NCBI GenBank assembly: GCA_964634755.1
Contig: CAZWJH010000003.1
Location: 2,328-66,327 of the forward strand
Length of the DNA stretch: 64,000 bases
Direction of reading: 5' to 3'
Source of the DNA: an uncultured Clostridia bacterium
Lineage (GTDB): Bacteria > Acidobacteriota > Aminicenantia > JAMOAD01
How positions within the stretch are numbered: position 1 is the first letter of the stretch; each line of letters opens with the position of its first letter. This document shows, in pieces, positions 45,048-54,626 of this stretch. Both the position numbers and the translations under genes were made by a program. The notes below the pieces were generated by a model, which saw nothing but the letters and a program-made list of their open reading frames with translations, had not been told where the DNA came from and made no database searches.

Positions 45048-47702
45048 ATGAATTTGAAGAAAATAGGTTATTTATTAATGCTCTCACTAATATTTTTTGG
45101 TTATGCATTTTCGGAAAAGGTTGACCCGAGAAAAAACAAAATAATAAAAGCTTACAGAACTTATGAAAAAATAAAAATTGATGGTGTTTTAAATGAAAAA
45201 GTGTGGAAAAACAGAGGAAGAGATGATTTTATTCAATCAATGCCAGTTGACGGAGGAAAGCCCACAGAAAGAACTGTAGTTTGGGTGGCTTATGATAAAA
45301 AGAACCTTTACGTTGCCGCAAAGCTCTATGATTCAGCGCTGGATAAAATTGTAAAAAGGTTCGGAGTAAGAGACAGTGATCCTGAAGCTGACCAATTCAT
45401 ATTTGCAATAGATCCGTACCTTGACAGAAGATCCGGTTATCTCTTTAAAATAAATCCTACAAATTCGGTTTTGGACGGAGCACTTTATAATGATTCAAAC
45501 AGGGATGATAGCTGGGATTGCGTGTGGGAATCAGCCGTTAAAATAAACAAGGACGGATGGACAGTTGAAATAAAAATTCCCTTTAATCAATTAAACTTCA
45601 AATCAGACAAAAAGGAGCAGGTTTGGGGGGTTAATTTTGAAAGGGTAATTAAGAGGAAGAATGAAAAAGTCTCATTTGTTTGGATACCGAGAAACGACAA
45701 TGGATATGTATCACACTTTGCAAAATTGGTGGGGATAAGTGATATTAAACCCGGAATTTATACTGAATTATCACCCTATATAGTCGGACAGGCAAATTTA
45801 TATCCCGAAGAGGAAGGGAATCCCTTTAAAAGCGGAAAGGATTTTTCAGGTAATATCGGACTTGATGCTAAAATCAATCTTAAAAGCAATTTAAAATTAA
45901 ATCTTAGCTTTAACCCTGATTTCGGACAGGTAGAAGTTGACCCGGCTGTAATGAATTTAACTGCTTATGAAACTTATTTTGAAGAAAAAAGGCCTTTCTT
46001 CATAGAAGGAGCCGGTATTTTTACTTTCGGACATGGGGGAGTTAACATGAATGTCAATGTTAACTGGACTCCTCCCCAATTTTTCTATAGCAGAAGAATA
46101 GGAAGACCTCCTCAGGGATATACAGACGCAGACTATTCTAAATATCCAGATCGAACAACCATTTTAGGAGCAGCAAAGCTTACAGGCAAAATCGGGAACA
46201 ACTGGAACATAGGCGTTATTTCGGCTTTAACTTCAAGGGAATATGCTCAAACATTTTCCGGTGGTATTGAAGGAAGTGCAGAGGTTGAACCATTGAGTTT
46301 TTACAGTATAGTGAGAATCCAAAAAGAATTTAACAAAGGCAAAAGAGGAATCGGATTCATCGGAACAGGGGTTTTAAGGGATTTTGATAATAATGAACTT
46401 TCTTCCATTTTAAATGAAAAGACCTTGGCAATAGGGATAGACGGATGGAATTTTTTTGGTAAAAACCAAAAATGGGTTGCTTCAGGATGGTTAGGAGCAA
46501 CAAAAATTTATGGCACGCCTGAAAGGATTTATGATGTTCAGTTATCCCCTCAACACTATTTTCAGAGACCCGATGCGGATTATCTTAACCTTGATCCGGA
46601 AGCTACAAGTCTTACAGGATTTGCCGGAAGATTAACTTTAAATAAAGAAAAAGGGAACTGGCTATTTTTTTCTCAAATCGGATTTATCTCCCCCGGATTT
46701 GATGTAACAGATCTTGGTTTTCAGAGAGAAAGCGATATAATTAACATCCACATTTTTCCCGGTTATCAATATTATAAACCAGGAAAAATATTCAGATTCT
46801 GGCTTGCAGCCGGTGGAGTGGGAATGAATTATGATTTCGGAGGGAGCAACCTAAGTAAACTATACCTCGGAATGTTTGAAGGAACCTTTTTAAATTATTG
46901 GGGAATCCATATTCTGTTAGGACTTTCCGACAAAGGACTTTCAAAAACAGCAACAAGAGGAGGTCCTTTGATGCAAACTCCCCGCGGTAAAATTGCAGAG
47001 TTCAGCATTTACTCCGACAGAAGAAAACCACTAACAATATCCATTTTTTCAAACATTATGAAATCAGAAGATAGTGGAAAGACTTACTCAGTAGGTTCAT
47101 ATGTGGGAATAAAACCAAAATCAACATTAAACTTTTCCATTGGCCCGGAAATTACGATAGGGACAAACAAATCCCAATGGGTAAATAATATCGATGATCC
47201 TCTAATGAGCGAAACTTTTGGTAAAAGATACATATTTTCATCAATAGATCAGCAAATCTACTCTTTAAACATAAGATTGAACTGGACATTTTCTCCAAAG
47301 CTCAGTTTTACTCTATTTATGCAACCCTTTATTGCGATAGGTGACTATTATGAATTCAAAGAATTAAAAGCTCCTAAAACATATGATTTTAATGTTTACG
47401 GAGAGAATGGCTCAACAATTGAGTTTGATAATGATATTTATACAATAGATCCTGACGGAGATAGACCGGCAGAGGCTTTTTATCTTGACAACCCTGATTT
47501 TAACTATAAATCCATAAGAGGAACAGCTGTTTTAAAGTGGGAGTTTAAAACAGGCTCAAACTTTTATCTTGTGTGGACTCAAAATAGAAGCAGTTTTTCA
47601 AATATTGCAACATTTGATCTTTCAAGAGATCTTGATGATTTGATAAATGCTAAAGGCTCAAATGTTTTTCTTGCAAAAATAAGTTACAGGTGGGGAATGT
47701 GA
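45048..47702 (+). CDS. large secreted protein, CBM9-like N-terminal domain + DUF5916-like body (884 aa)
   Basis: Signal peptide. N-terminal region (IDGVLNEKVWKN...YVAAKLYD) resembles family-9-like carbohydrate-binding modules that precede DUF5916 in FCB-group proteins. Aromatic-rich beta structure throughout, ending in a C-terminal aromatic residue-rich strand. Confidence 0.4.
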   Translation: MNLKKIGYLLMLSLIFFGYAFSEKVDPRKNKIIKAYRTYEKIKIDGVLNEKVWKNRGRDDFIQSMPVDGGKPTERTVVWVAYDKKNLYVAAKLYDSALDKIVKRFGVRDSDPEADQFIFAIDPYLDRRSGYLFKINPTNSVLDGALYNDSNRDDSWDCVWESAVKINKDGWTVEIKIPFNQLNFKSDKKEQVWGVNFERVIKRKNEKVSFVWIPRNDNGYVSHFAKLVGISDIKPGIYTELSPYIVGQANLYPEEEGNPFKSGKDFSGNIGLDAKINLKSNLKLNLSFNPDFGQVEVDPAVMNLTAYETYFEEKRPFFIEGAGIFTFGHGGVNMNVNVNWTPPQFFYSRRIGRPPQGYTDADYSKYPDRTTILGAAKLTGKIGNNWNIGVISALTSREYAQTFSGGIEGSAEVEPLSFYSIVRIQKEFNKGKRGIGFIGTGVLRDFDNNELSSILNEKTLAIGIDGWNFFGKNQKWVASGWLGATKIYGTPERIYDVQLSPQHYFQRPDADYLNLDPEATSLTGFAGRLTLNKEKGNWLFFSQIGFISPGFDVTDLGFQRESDIINIHIFPGYQYYKPGKIFRFWLAAGGVGMNYDFGGSNLSKLYLGMFEGTFLNYWGIHILLGLSDKGLSKTATRGGPLMQTPRGKIAEFSIYSDRRKPLTISIFSNIMKSEDSGKTYSVGSYVGIKPKSTLNFSIGPEITIGTNKSQWVNNIDDPLMSETFGKRYIFSSIDQQIYSLNIRLNWTFSPKLSFTLFMQPFIAIGDYYEFKELKAPKTYDFNVYGENGSTIEFDNDIYTIDPDGDRPAEAFYLDNPDFNYKSIRGTAVLKWEFKTGSNFYLVWTQNRSSFSNIATFDLSRDLDDLINAKGSNVFLAKISYRWGM

Positions 47703-47744
47703 TAAATCACTTTCACAAAAACGAATTTATGATATTATTAAAAA

Positions 47745-48221
47745 ATGGAAGGAAAGATTAAAATTTTCTTTAAAATAGCCCTTGAAGAGGCAAAGAAAGG
47801 AATGGAAAATGGAGAAGGAGGACCTTTCGGAGCTGTTATTGTTAAAGATGGCAAAATAATCGCCAAAGCTCACAATGAAGTATTAAAAACAAATGATCCT
47901 ACAGCCCATGCGGAAGTAGTTGCTATAAGAAAAGCAAGTAAAAAGCTAAAAAGATTTGACCTTTCCGATTGTGAAATATATTCAACATGTGAGCCCTGCC
48001 CTATGTGCCTTTCTGCAATATATTGGGCAAAAATAAAAAAACTATACTATATATGCACAAGAGAGGAAGCGGCTGAGATAGGTTTTGATGATAATTATAT
48101 ATACGAAGCAATATCAAGTAATGATAGGGAAAAGAGATTAAAAAAAATAAAAATTGAAGATAGCAATTGCAAAATCTTGTTTGAGGAATGGTCAGAAAAA
48201 GAGGATAAGGTTCAGTATTAA
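47745..48221 (+). CDS. CMP/dCMP-type zinc deaminase (TadA / guanine-deaminase-like nucleoside deaminase)
   Basis: HAE (PTAHAEVVAI) and PCPMC zinc-binding motifs with correct spacing. 158 aa. Confidence 0.75.
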   Translation: MEGKIKIFFKIALEEAKKGMENGEGGPFGAVIVKDGKIIAKAHNEVLKTNDPTAHAEVVAIRKASKKLKRFDLSDCEIYSTCEPCPMCLSAIYWAKIKKLYYICTREEAAEIGFDDNYIYEAISSNDREKRLKKIKIEDSNCKILFEEWSEKEDKVQY

Positions 48222-48507
48222 AAGCTCATTTTTAAAGCCTCAAAGCTTCCGAGTTTTTTTTCGTGCCTTTTTTTCTTTATTTATGTCTATCGTTTTACTG
48301 TTCAGCAGTAATTCATTATTTCGTAGAGCCGTAGCATGCTACAGGTGATATATTATTGATTATTATGATCTTTCAAAAAAATCCGACATACAAAGAGCAA
48401 ATCACTAAAATTAGCTTTGAAGCTTGGAAGCTTTTCGCTTTTGGGTCTTCAGTGTCTTTGTCTTGTCCAAAAATATCTTTATCTCAGCTTTTGTTATGAA
48501 AGTTAAA

Positions 48508-48536
48508 TTGTAAAAATTTTCTATTTTTGTTATAAA
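48508..48536 (+). promoter_or_regulatory. Putative promoter TTGTAA-N17-TATAAA giving a leaderless transcript for the WYL regulator
   Basis: -10 ends 5 nt before ATG 48542, so no room for an RBS. Same architecture as upstream of cas6. Confidence 0.35.
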
Positions 48537-48541
48537 AAAGT

Positions 48542-49510
48542 ATGTCAAAAAAATTAGCTTTTGAGAGATTTGTGTGGTTTATCAATAAGGTAAAAAAGGG
48601 TGATTATCCGAATGCAACAGATATTCAGGAATACTTTGAGGTTTCAAGGTCAACAGCTCAAAGAGATCTTGATTTTATGAGAGATAGATTTCAAGTGCCT
48701 TTAAAATACGATAGAGTAAGAAAGGGGTATTATTTTGATGAAGCAGACAAAAATTATGAACTACCACTTTTTTGGGCGTCAAATGAAGAGCTTCTGCTTT
48801 TTGCAATTTTAAAAGAACTAATCAGAGATGAAAAGCTCAAAAAAACATTGAAAAACTTTTTAAAGAAAATTACCTCATTTTCAGAGGAGGAATTCGAAAA
48901 GATAAGCAATTCTGTATCATACAAAGGTATAAGACTTCACAAAAACAAAGAGGGGGCACTTGAAACAATAGCCAAAGCTCTAATTGAAAGTAGAAAGATG
49001 AAGATAAGTTATTATTCCGTGTTTGCGGATAAAAACAATACAACTGAAAACACAATAACTCCATTGCATTTAATTTATTATATGGGGAATTGGTATCTTT
49101 TGGCTGAAAAAAATTCCCAGCTCCGTACCTACGCTGTCTCAAGAATCTTCAATCCAACAGTTTTGGAATCTGAAGGGAAATATCACTTTTCAGAAAAAAG
49201 AATAAAAGAGATTCTTAACCAGTCCTTTGGAATTTACCTAACGGATAAAAGAAAAGAGCTTTTTGAAGTAAAGTTGAAATTTTCAAAATCCATATCCCAT
49301 CTTATTGAAACTCTTATTTTCCACCCAGAACAAAAGTGTGAAAAATTGGATTCCGAAGAAATTATAGTGAGCTTTAATTCAACTTTTAATTATGAGTTAA
49401 TAAGAGAGATTTTAAGGTTTGGAAATGAAGTTGAGGTACTTGAGCCTACAATTTTAAGGAAAAAAATTTACGAAATTTTGAAAGAATCCGTAAAAATATA
49501 CGAAAAATAG
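48542..49510 (+). CDS. WYL-domain transcriptional regulator (HTH - WYL - C-terminal WCX-like)
   Basis: N-terminal HTH (ATDIQEYFEVSRSTAQRDLDFMRD). Central WYL domain including a literal GNWYLLA motif. 322 aa, typical PafBC/WYL architecture. Confidence 0.6.
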   Translation: MSKKLAFERFVWFINKVKKGDYPNATDIQEYFEVSRSTAQRDLDFMRDRFQVPLKYDRVRKGYYFDEADKNYELPLFWASNEELLLFAILKELIRDEKLKKTLKNFLKKITSFSEEEFEKISNSVSYKGIRLHKNKEGALETIAKALIESRKMKISYYSVFADKNNTTENTITPLHLIYYMGNWYLLAEKNSQLRTYAVSRIFNPTVLESEGKYHFSEKRIKEILNQSFGIYLTDKRKELFEVKLKFSKSISHLIETLIFHPEQKCEKLDSEEIIVSFNSTFNYELIREILRFGNEVEVLEPTILRKKIYEILKESVKIYEK

Positions 49511-49561
49511 GATACACTATCTCAGGCTTGAAAAAAAGAATTTTTTAAATAATAATAAGAT

Positions 49562-49951
49562 ATGGATAATTTCACTTTACCGGAAAAACTTTTTTTTAGA
49601 GAAAGAGAAGTTATAAAAATAACTAATCTTTCAAAAAGAGTAATAAACTACTGGATAACTCAATTCCCCTTTTTTAACATAGAAACAAACCATTATGGTG
49701 AAAAATTATTCAAAAGAGAGGATATTTTAATCTTTCTTAAAATAAAGGAAATAGTGTTAAATGAAGGGAAATCTATAGAAGAAGCGAGAGAAATATTAAG
49801 TAAGGAGATACAAATAGAAAAAAATACAAAAAAACCAGATAAAAAAGAAATTTATAAAAAGAGTGGAACAATAGATCTCTCAATACTTTCGGAAATTAAA
49901 AAAGGAATTCAAGAGATCTTGACAATACTTAAAAAAAATAGTAAAACATAG
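49562..49951 (+). CDS. small MerR-like HTH protein (129 aa)
   Basis: REVIKITNLSKRVINYWITQ...FKREDILIFLKIKEI resembles the MerR-type HTH/dimerisation helix. Assignment tentative. Confidence 0.35.
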   Translation: MDNFTLPEKLFFREREVIKITNLSKRVINYWITQFPFFNIETNHYGEKLFKREDILIFLKIKEIVLNEGKSIEEAREILSKEIQIEKNTKKPDKKEIYKKSGTIDLSILSEIKKGIQEILTILKKNSKT

Positions 49952-49962
49952 GGGAATTTTAT

Positions 49963-50036
49963 CGGGACGTGGCGCAGCCTGGTAGCGCACACGCTTGGGG
50001 TGCGTGGGGCCGGTGGTTCAAATCCACTCGTCCCGA
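49963..50036 (+). tRNA. tRNA-Pro (anticodon GGG)
   Basis: Acceptor CGGGACG/CGTCCCG. Anticodon stem CACGC/GCGTG with loop TTGGGGT. T-arm GGTGGTTCAAATCCACT. Confidence 0.85.
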
Positions 50037-50060
50037 TTTTTTTCATTTAAGAGGAAATTT

Positions 50061-50822
50061 ATGAAAAAAAATATTTTAATAACTAATGATGATTCAATAT
50101 TCGCAGAAGGCATTAAAAGGCTTGAGAACGGAGTAAAGGGATTTGGAAGTGTTTACACTGTAGCTCCTGATAGAGAAAAAAGCGCTGTTTCTTTTGGTAT
50201 TACAACAAACTCTCCATTGAGAATAAATAAGGTTGATGATTACCATTATGCTGTCTCAGGAACTCCGGTGGATTGCGTTTATCTTGCAACTAAGGTTCTT
50301 TTAAAAGAAAAGCCAAATTTGGTTATATCAGGAATAAATCATGGTCCAAATGTGGGAGAGGATACAATATATTCCGGAACAGTAGCAGGAGCTTTTCAGG
50401 CATCCTTACTGGGAATACAGGCAATTGCAATTTCCGTTATAGATAATGATAGTGGAAAATATGACTTTGATTCAGCAGTAAAGGTTTTAAGAAAACTTAT
50501 TCCTTTTCTTTTGGATAACCCCTTACCTGAAGGAAATATACTATCAATAAATGTCCCTTACTCTCCAAAAGGGGTAAAGCTTACAAAACTTGGGCATAAA
50601 AGATATGATGCAGAAGTAATAGAAAAACAGGATCCGAAAGGGAACAAGTATTATTGGATAGGGCCGGGCAAGATAACAACTTTCGGAGAAAATGAAAGTG
50701 ATGTTAAAGCTGTCGAGAATGATTTTGTCTCAATTACCCCTCTATCTCTGAACTTTTTTGATAATAATCTATACAAAACTTTAAAAAAGAGAGAGAATGA
50801 AATTTTTAAAAAAATGGTATGA
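50061..50822 (+). CDS. surE: 5'/3'-nucleotidase SurE
   Basis: MKKNILITNDDSIFAEGI (ITNDDG-type N-terminal motif) and SGINHGPN. Real start is ATG 50061 with GAGGA RBS. The ORF track N-terminal extension overlaps the tRNA. Confidence 0.85.
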   Translation: MKKNILITNDDSIFAEGIKRLENGVKGFGSVYTVAPDREKSAVSFGITTNSPLRINKVDDYHYAVSGTPVDCVYLATKVLLKEKPNLVISGINHGPNVGEDTIYSGTVAGAFQASLLGIQAIAISVIDNDSGKYDFDSAVKVLRKLIPFLLDNPLPEGNILSINVPYSPKGVKLTKLGHKRYDAEVIEKQDPKGNKYYWIGPGKITTFGENESDVKAVENDFVSITPLSLNFFDNNLYKTLKKRENEIFKKMV

Positions 50823-51384
50823 CAAAGTATTGAGTTGGGCCGAATCCCCTTATAGTGAATGGGCACTTTTTTTCAATGCTTTTGCTGAATCAAGCTTTTT
50901 TCCAATTCCGCCAGATGTATTAATGATGGCAATGGAGGTTGGAAAACCAAAAAAATCATTCAGATTTGCTGTGACAACTTCAATCGGTTCAATTCTAGGC
51001 GGAATTGCAGGTTATGGGATTGGCTATTTTTTATTTGATACAATAGGAAAACCTATTATAAAATTCTATCATCTTACAGATAAATTCACCCATGTGGGAG
51101 AACTTTACAATACATATTCCGCATGGATAGTTGGTATTGCAGGATTTACACCTATCCCATACAAACTAATAACTATCACTTCAGGATTTTGGAAAATTAA
51201 CTTTTTAATTTTTTTTACAGCTTCGGCTTTAAGCCGTTCGGCAAGATTTTTTATAATTTCTACTCTGTTTTATTTTTTCGGGGCTAAGATTAAATCATTT
51301 ATAGACAAATACTTCAATATTCTATCAATAGCTTTTGTTATCCTTCTCATAGGTGGTTTCCTTATAATTAAGCTTTTGAAATAA
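50797..51384 (+). CDS. YqaA/DedA-family (SNARE-associated-like) membrane protein
   Basis: ESSFFPIPPDVLMMAM and G..GYGIGYF motifs typical of COG1238-type proteins. 4-5 TM segments. Confidence 0.5.
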   Translation: MKFLKKWYDKVLSWAESPYSEWALFFNAFAESSFFPIPPDVLMMAMEVGKPKKSFRFAVTTSIGSILGGIAGYGIGYFLFDTIGKPIIKFYHLTDKFTHVGELYNTYSAWIVGIAGFTPIPYKLITITSGFWKINFLIFFTASALSRSARFFIISTLFYFFGAKIKSFIDKYFNILSIAFVILLIGGFLIIKLLK

Positions 51385-51385
51385 T

Positions 51386-51808
51386 CTATGACATTTTATT
51401 GCTTTTTTTTATAAAGTTAATTAAATCTAAGATTAAATCAACTTCACCTTTCGGGATATTTAATCCTTTAGCAATATCTTCTTTTGATAGGCCTTGATTG
51501 TAAAGAAGTAAAACGCTTTTGGTTTTTTCAATATCAGGAGTTTCAATAATAAGTTTCTTTTCTTCTTCAAGGAGTTTCTTATGGGCATTCTCAAGTTTGG
51601 CTAATAGCTCCCTCGCTTCTTTTTCCCTAATATCCATCTTTTTTATTATTTCATCTCCCCACCTTTTACCTTCAAACAAAAGTGTTTCAAAATCCCTTTT
51701 TGAATCTCTTATTAATCTTTGAAGTTTCGACAATGACCTTGTTCTATACAAAAGGAAAACTATTAAAATAATAAAGATAATATCAAGAATAATTTGTATA
51801 TAATTCAT
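51386..51808 (-). CDS. membrane-anchored hypothetical protein (N-terminal TM, coiled coil, C-terminal HTH-like segment), last gene of the che/flagellar operon
   Basis: 140 aa. TM at residues 5-25. C-terminus LLLYNQGLSKEDIAKGLNIPKGEV resembles a sigma region-4/LuxR-type HTH. Overlaps cheB by 1 nt. Confidence 0.35.
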   Translation of the reverse strand: MNYIQIILDIIFIILIVFLLYRTRSLSKLQRLIRDSKRDFETLLFEGKRWGDEIIKKMDIREKEARELLAKLENAHKKLLEEEKKLIIETPDIEKTKSVLLLYNQGLSKEDIAKGLNIPKGEVDLILDLINFIKKSNKMS

Positions 51809-52920
51809 TAGCTTTTTTTACCTCTGATAATCTTATCCAAAGTAGGAGCAATATCTTTTATATCAAGTACATAATCTGCTATCCCCGCATCAACAACTGC
51901 CTTAGGCATTCCATAAACAACACAGCTCTCTTCATTTTGAGCAATAACCACTGCTCTGTTTCTTTTTTTCATCTCAATAAAACCATCCTTTCCATCGCTT
52001 CCCATTCCAGTAAGCATTACCCCCACCGTTCTTTTCGTGTAATTTTCTGCAACAGATTTTGCCATTATTGTAACAGAAGGTTTATATATTGCAGTCTTTG
52101 GTTCTTCTGAAATAACAACTTCGGGAGCACCTGCTCTGTGCTTTTTTAGATACATATGCTGCCCTCCCGGGGTAATAAGTACCACACCTTTTTCTACCTT
52201 ATCCCCAGTTTTAGCTTCTTTAACTTGTACATTGGAGTATCTATCCATTCTATCTGCAAAGGCTCCGGTAAATGTAGCAGGCATGTGCTGAGAAATGATT
52301 ATTCCCGCAGGGAAATCTGCTGGAAGTGAAGTTAGAAGGGTTTGCAAGGCATTCGGACCACCAGTTGAAGCTCCTACTACGACAAATTCAATAGGCTCTT
52401 TTATAATTACTTCCTTCTGTCTTGCTTTAGTTTTTTCATGCTCTTTCTTTACTACCTTTTCAATAGAAGGCTTTCTTCCTACACTTGTCGTACTCCCAAA
52501 GGGGAAACCAAATAATCTTTTTTTTCTTGCAATATTTTCTATTTTAGGAATTAGCTCATCTCTTATAGACTTTATATTTGCCTTAAAATCCTTCGCCTGT
52601 TTTGGGAAAAACTCAACAGCTCCTTTTTCAAGTGCTTCAAAGGTAACCTCTGCATCCTCTGTAGTCAAAGAACTTACCATTATAATAGGGATTGGATTCT
52701 CCTTCATTATTATCTCAAGAGCCTCAAGGCCACTCATTACAGGCATATTTATATCTAAAGTAATAATATCAGGCTTTAACTCCGCTGCTTTTTCAACAGC
52801 TTCTTTCCCATTCGACGCTTCCCCCACAACCTCTATCTTCCCGCTTTCGTTCATTATCTTTTTCATTATTTTTCTCAGAAAGGAAGAATCATCTACAATT
52901 AAAACCTTTATTTTCCCCAT
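51808..52920 (-). CDS. cheB: chemotaxis response regulator protein-glutamate methylesterase CheB
   Basis: N-terminal receiver (VLIVDDSSFLR...DIITLDINMP). C-terminal methylesterase (VVVGASTGGPNALQ; H and D boxes). Confidence 0.85.
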   Translation of the reverse strand: MGKIKVLIVDDSSFLRKIMKKIMNESGKIEVVGEASNGKEAVEKAAELKPDIITLDINMPVMSGLEALEIIMKENPIPIIMVSSLTTEDAEVTFEALEKGAVEFFPKQAKDFKANIKSIRDELIPKIENIARKKRLFGFPFGSTTSVGRKPSIEKVVKKEHEKTKARQKEVIIKEPIEFVVVGASTGGPNALQTLLTSLPADFPAGIIISQHMPATFTGAFADRMDRYSNVQVKEAKTGDKVEKGVVLITPGGQHMYLKKHRAGAPEVVISEEPKTAIYKPSVTIMAKSVAENYTKRTVGVMLTGMGSDGKDGFIEMKKRNRAVVIAQNEESCVVYGMPKAVVDAGIADYVLDIKDIAPTLDKIIRGKKS

Positions 52921-53796
52921 TTATCCCTCCAAAGATTCTTTAATCAAAGCCTCTATCCTTTCTTTCATTTCTCTCATTTCAAAGGTAACAAAAGCTTCAT
53001 CTATATCTTTAAGTTTTGGATTATGCTTTACCATTTCCTGCCAAAATACATTTTCACTTAATACAAAAGGCTCAAATTCCCATGGGAAATTATAGCCTAT
53101 TTGTTTTGAAAAAATATTGGAGAATCCAACTATTGCAACAAGCAACTTATTTTTAGTTTCTTCTTCAAGTCCGTGATGATATCTTATAGATTCTTTAAGT
53201 TCAATGGGAAGATTCCATTTTTCTGCAATCTTGAAACCAAAATCAGCATGAGTGTATCCAAATTCCTCTTTTTCTATCTCAATGTATCTTTTATCCTCAC
53301 TAAGGGCTCTCTTGATAACTTTTGTATAATCATCAGGGAAAAATTGATTATATAGTAATTTCCCGATATCATGAATCAAAGCTGCTGTATAAGCTTCTTC
53401 GGGATCCCATAACGAAAATTCCTTCGAGAATTTTTTTGCGATAAAAGCAGAAGCTACAGAGTGGTCCCAAAAAAGAGTTCTATCAAATTCCCGCCCATCT
53501 ACCTTAAGTGGAAAAATTCTTATAACAGAAAGTGACAAAACAATTCCTTTTATAATATCAAGTCCAAGGAGAACAACTGCCTGGTTTATAGATTTTATCT
53601 CCCTTCCCCTATTATAAAAAGGAGAATTAGCTAATTTTAAGATTTTTGTTGATAATGTAGTATCTTTGCTAATAAACTTTCCTATATCGTGAAGAGATGT
53701 TTTAGGATCTTTGCTTAATTTCATAAACTCAATTGCACTTTTAGGAAATGCAGGCAAATCTTTCACACTATTTAAAAAAGCATTCACTTTATCCAT
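52921..53796 (-). CDS. HDOD-domain signalling protein
   Basis: HDOD pattern: LPAFPKSAIEFMKL...LHDIGKF...TKILKLANSPFY...INQAVVLLGLD and the later HDIGKLL motif. Confidence 0.7.
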   Translation of the reverse strand: MDKVNAFLNSVKDLPAFPKSAIEFMKLSKDPKTSLHDIGKFISKDTTLSTKILKLANSPFYNRGREIKSINQAVVLLGLDIIKGIVLSLSVIRIFPLKVDGREFDRTLFWDHSVASAFIAKKFSKEFSLWDPEEAYTAALIHDIGKLLYNQFFPDDYTKVIKRALSEDKRYIEIEKEEFGYTHADFGFKIAEKWNLPIELKESIRYHHGLEEETKNKLLVAIVGFSNIFSKQIGYNFPWEFEPFVLSENVFWQEMVKHNPKLKDIDEAFVTFEMREMKERIEALIKESLEG

Positions 53797-54626
53797 TACA
53801 AGAAAACTCCTATTTCCTCCTCTATTTTATCTTTGTATTCCTCATTAAGTATACCTATCATCTCTTCGTTTAATCCTAAAACATTCATCATTGCATCATT
53901 ATAACTTATGTTAAAATCCCTATAAAAACCAAAACCATTAAAATTGCTCAATTGATCCGCAAGATAAACAACAGCTGTCTCCTGATTGTATTCAGTGGCC
54001 AATTCAGGATGATGATGATAAAAGATAACTGTCTTCATTCTCTCCCCCAAATTCCATTCCTGCACTAAGAACATTCCAACATCACTATGAGTAAAACCCA
54101 GAACCTCTTTTTCAAGTTCCTCAAAATTTTTTCCAACAGAGTATGCTTCATCAATTATCGGGTCATAAATATGGGAAATCTTTCTTCTCATTACGGTTTT
54201 TCCTATATCATGGAGAAGACCTGTTACAAAAAGCTCCTCCGGATTATAAACCTTTATTTTTTCCCCTATATATTTCGCAAACAATCCTGTTGAAAGAGAG
54301 TGTTTCCACAAAATCACATCCTTTAAATCTCCACTTTGAATAAATTTTTTTGTGTTTAAAGCCAATAATAAAGACTTAAGATTCATAAATCCGAGATAAT
54401 TAATTGCCTGTGATATAGAAACAATCTCTTTTCTTAAGCTGTAAAAAGGAGAATTAACTATCTTTAGAATATTTGCTGTTAAAGCCTGATCTCTTGATAT
54501 TATTTCAGTAAGATCCGCAACTTTAGTATCAGGGTTGTTCAAAAGACTAATCAATTTCATTGCTATAGTCGGCAGTGGAGGAAGTGATCCTATTTTTTTT
54601 ACTATATCTTCAATTTTAACTCCCAT
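53796..54626 (-). CDS. HDOD-domain signalling protein (paralog)
   Basis: LPPLPTIAMKLISLLNNPDT...ANILKIVNSPFY...ISQAINYLGF and LLHDIGKTV. Confidence 0.7.
   Translation of the reverse strand: MGVKIEDIVKKIGSLPPLPTIAMKLISLLNNPDTKVADLTEIISRDQALTANILKIVNSPFYSLRKEIVSISQAINYLGFMNLKSLLLALNTKKFIQSGDLKDVILWKHSLSTGLFAKYIGEKIKVYNPEELFVTGLLHDIGKTVMRRKISHIYDPIIDEAYSVGKNFEELEKEVLGFTHSDVGMFLVQEWNLGERMKTVIFYHHHPELATEYNQETAVVYLADQLSNFNGFGFYRDFNISYNDAMMNVLGLNEEMIGILNEEYKDKIEEEIGVFL

Noticed and set aside
48222-48262. Rho-independent terminator after the deaminase gene (T8 tract at 48254-48261)
   Set aside because: The preceding stem is only about 3 bp (CTC...GAG). Too weak to call, though the T8 run may still contribute to termination.
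1326-50036. Possibility that the 48 kb between the tRNA-Pro(TGG) and tRNA-Pro(GGG) genes is a tRNA-integrated genomic island
   Set aside because: The content is core housekeeping (ddl, mltG, ruvX, truA, alaX, ogt). The only recombinase is a XerC/D-type sitting in a housekeeping context. No direct repeat of the tRNA 3' end was seen. The two tRNAs are simply isoacceptors.
49995-50060. N-terminal extension of surE (MGCVGPVVQIHSSRFFSFKRKF) in the ORF track
   Set aside because: Overlaps tRNA-Pro(GGG). The canonical SurE N-terminus MKKNILITNDD begins at ATG 50061 with an RBS.
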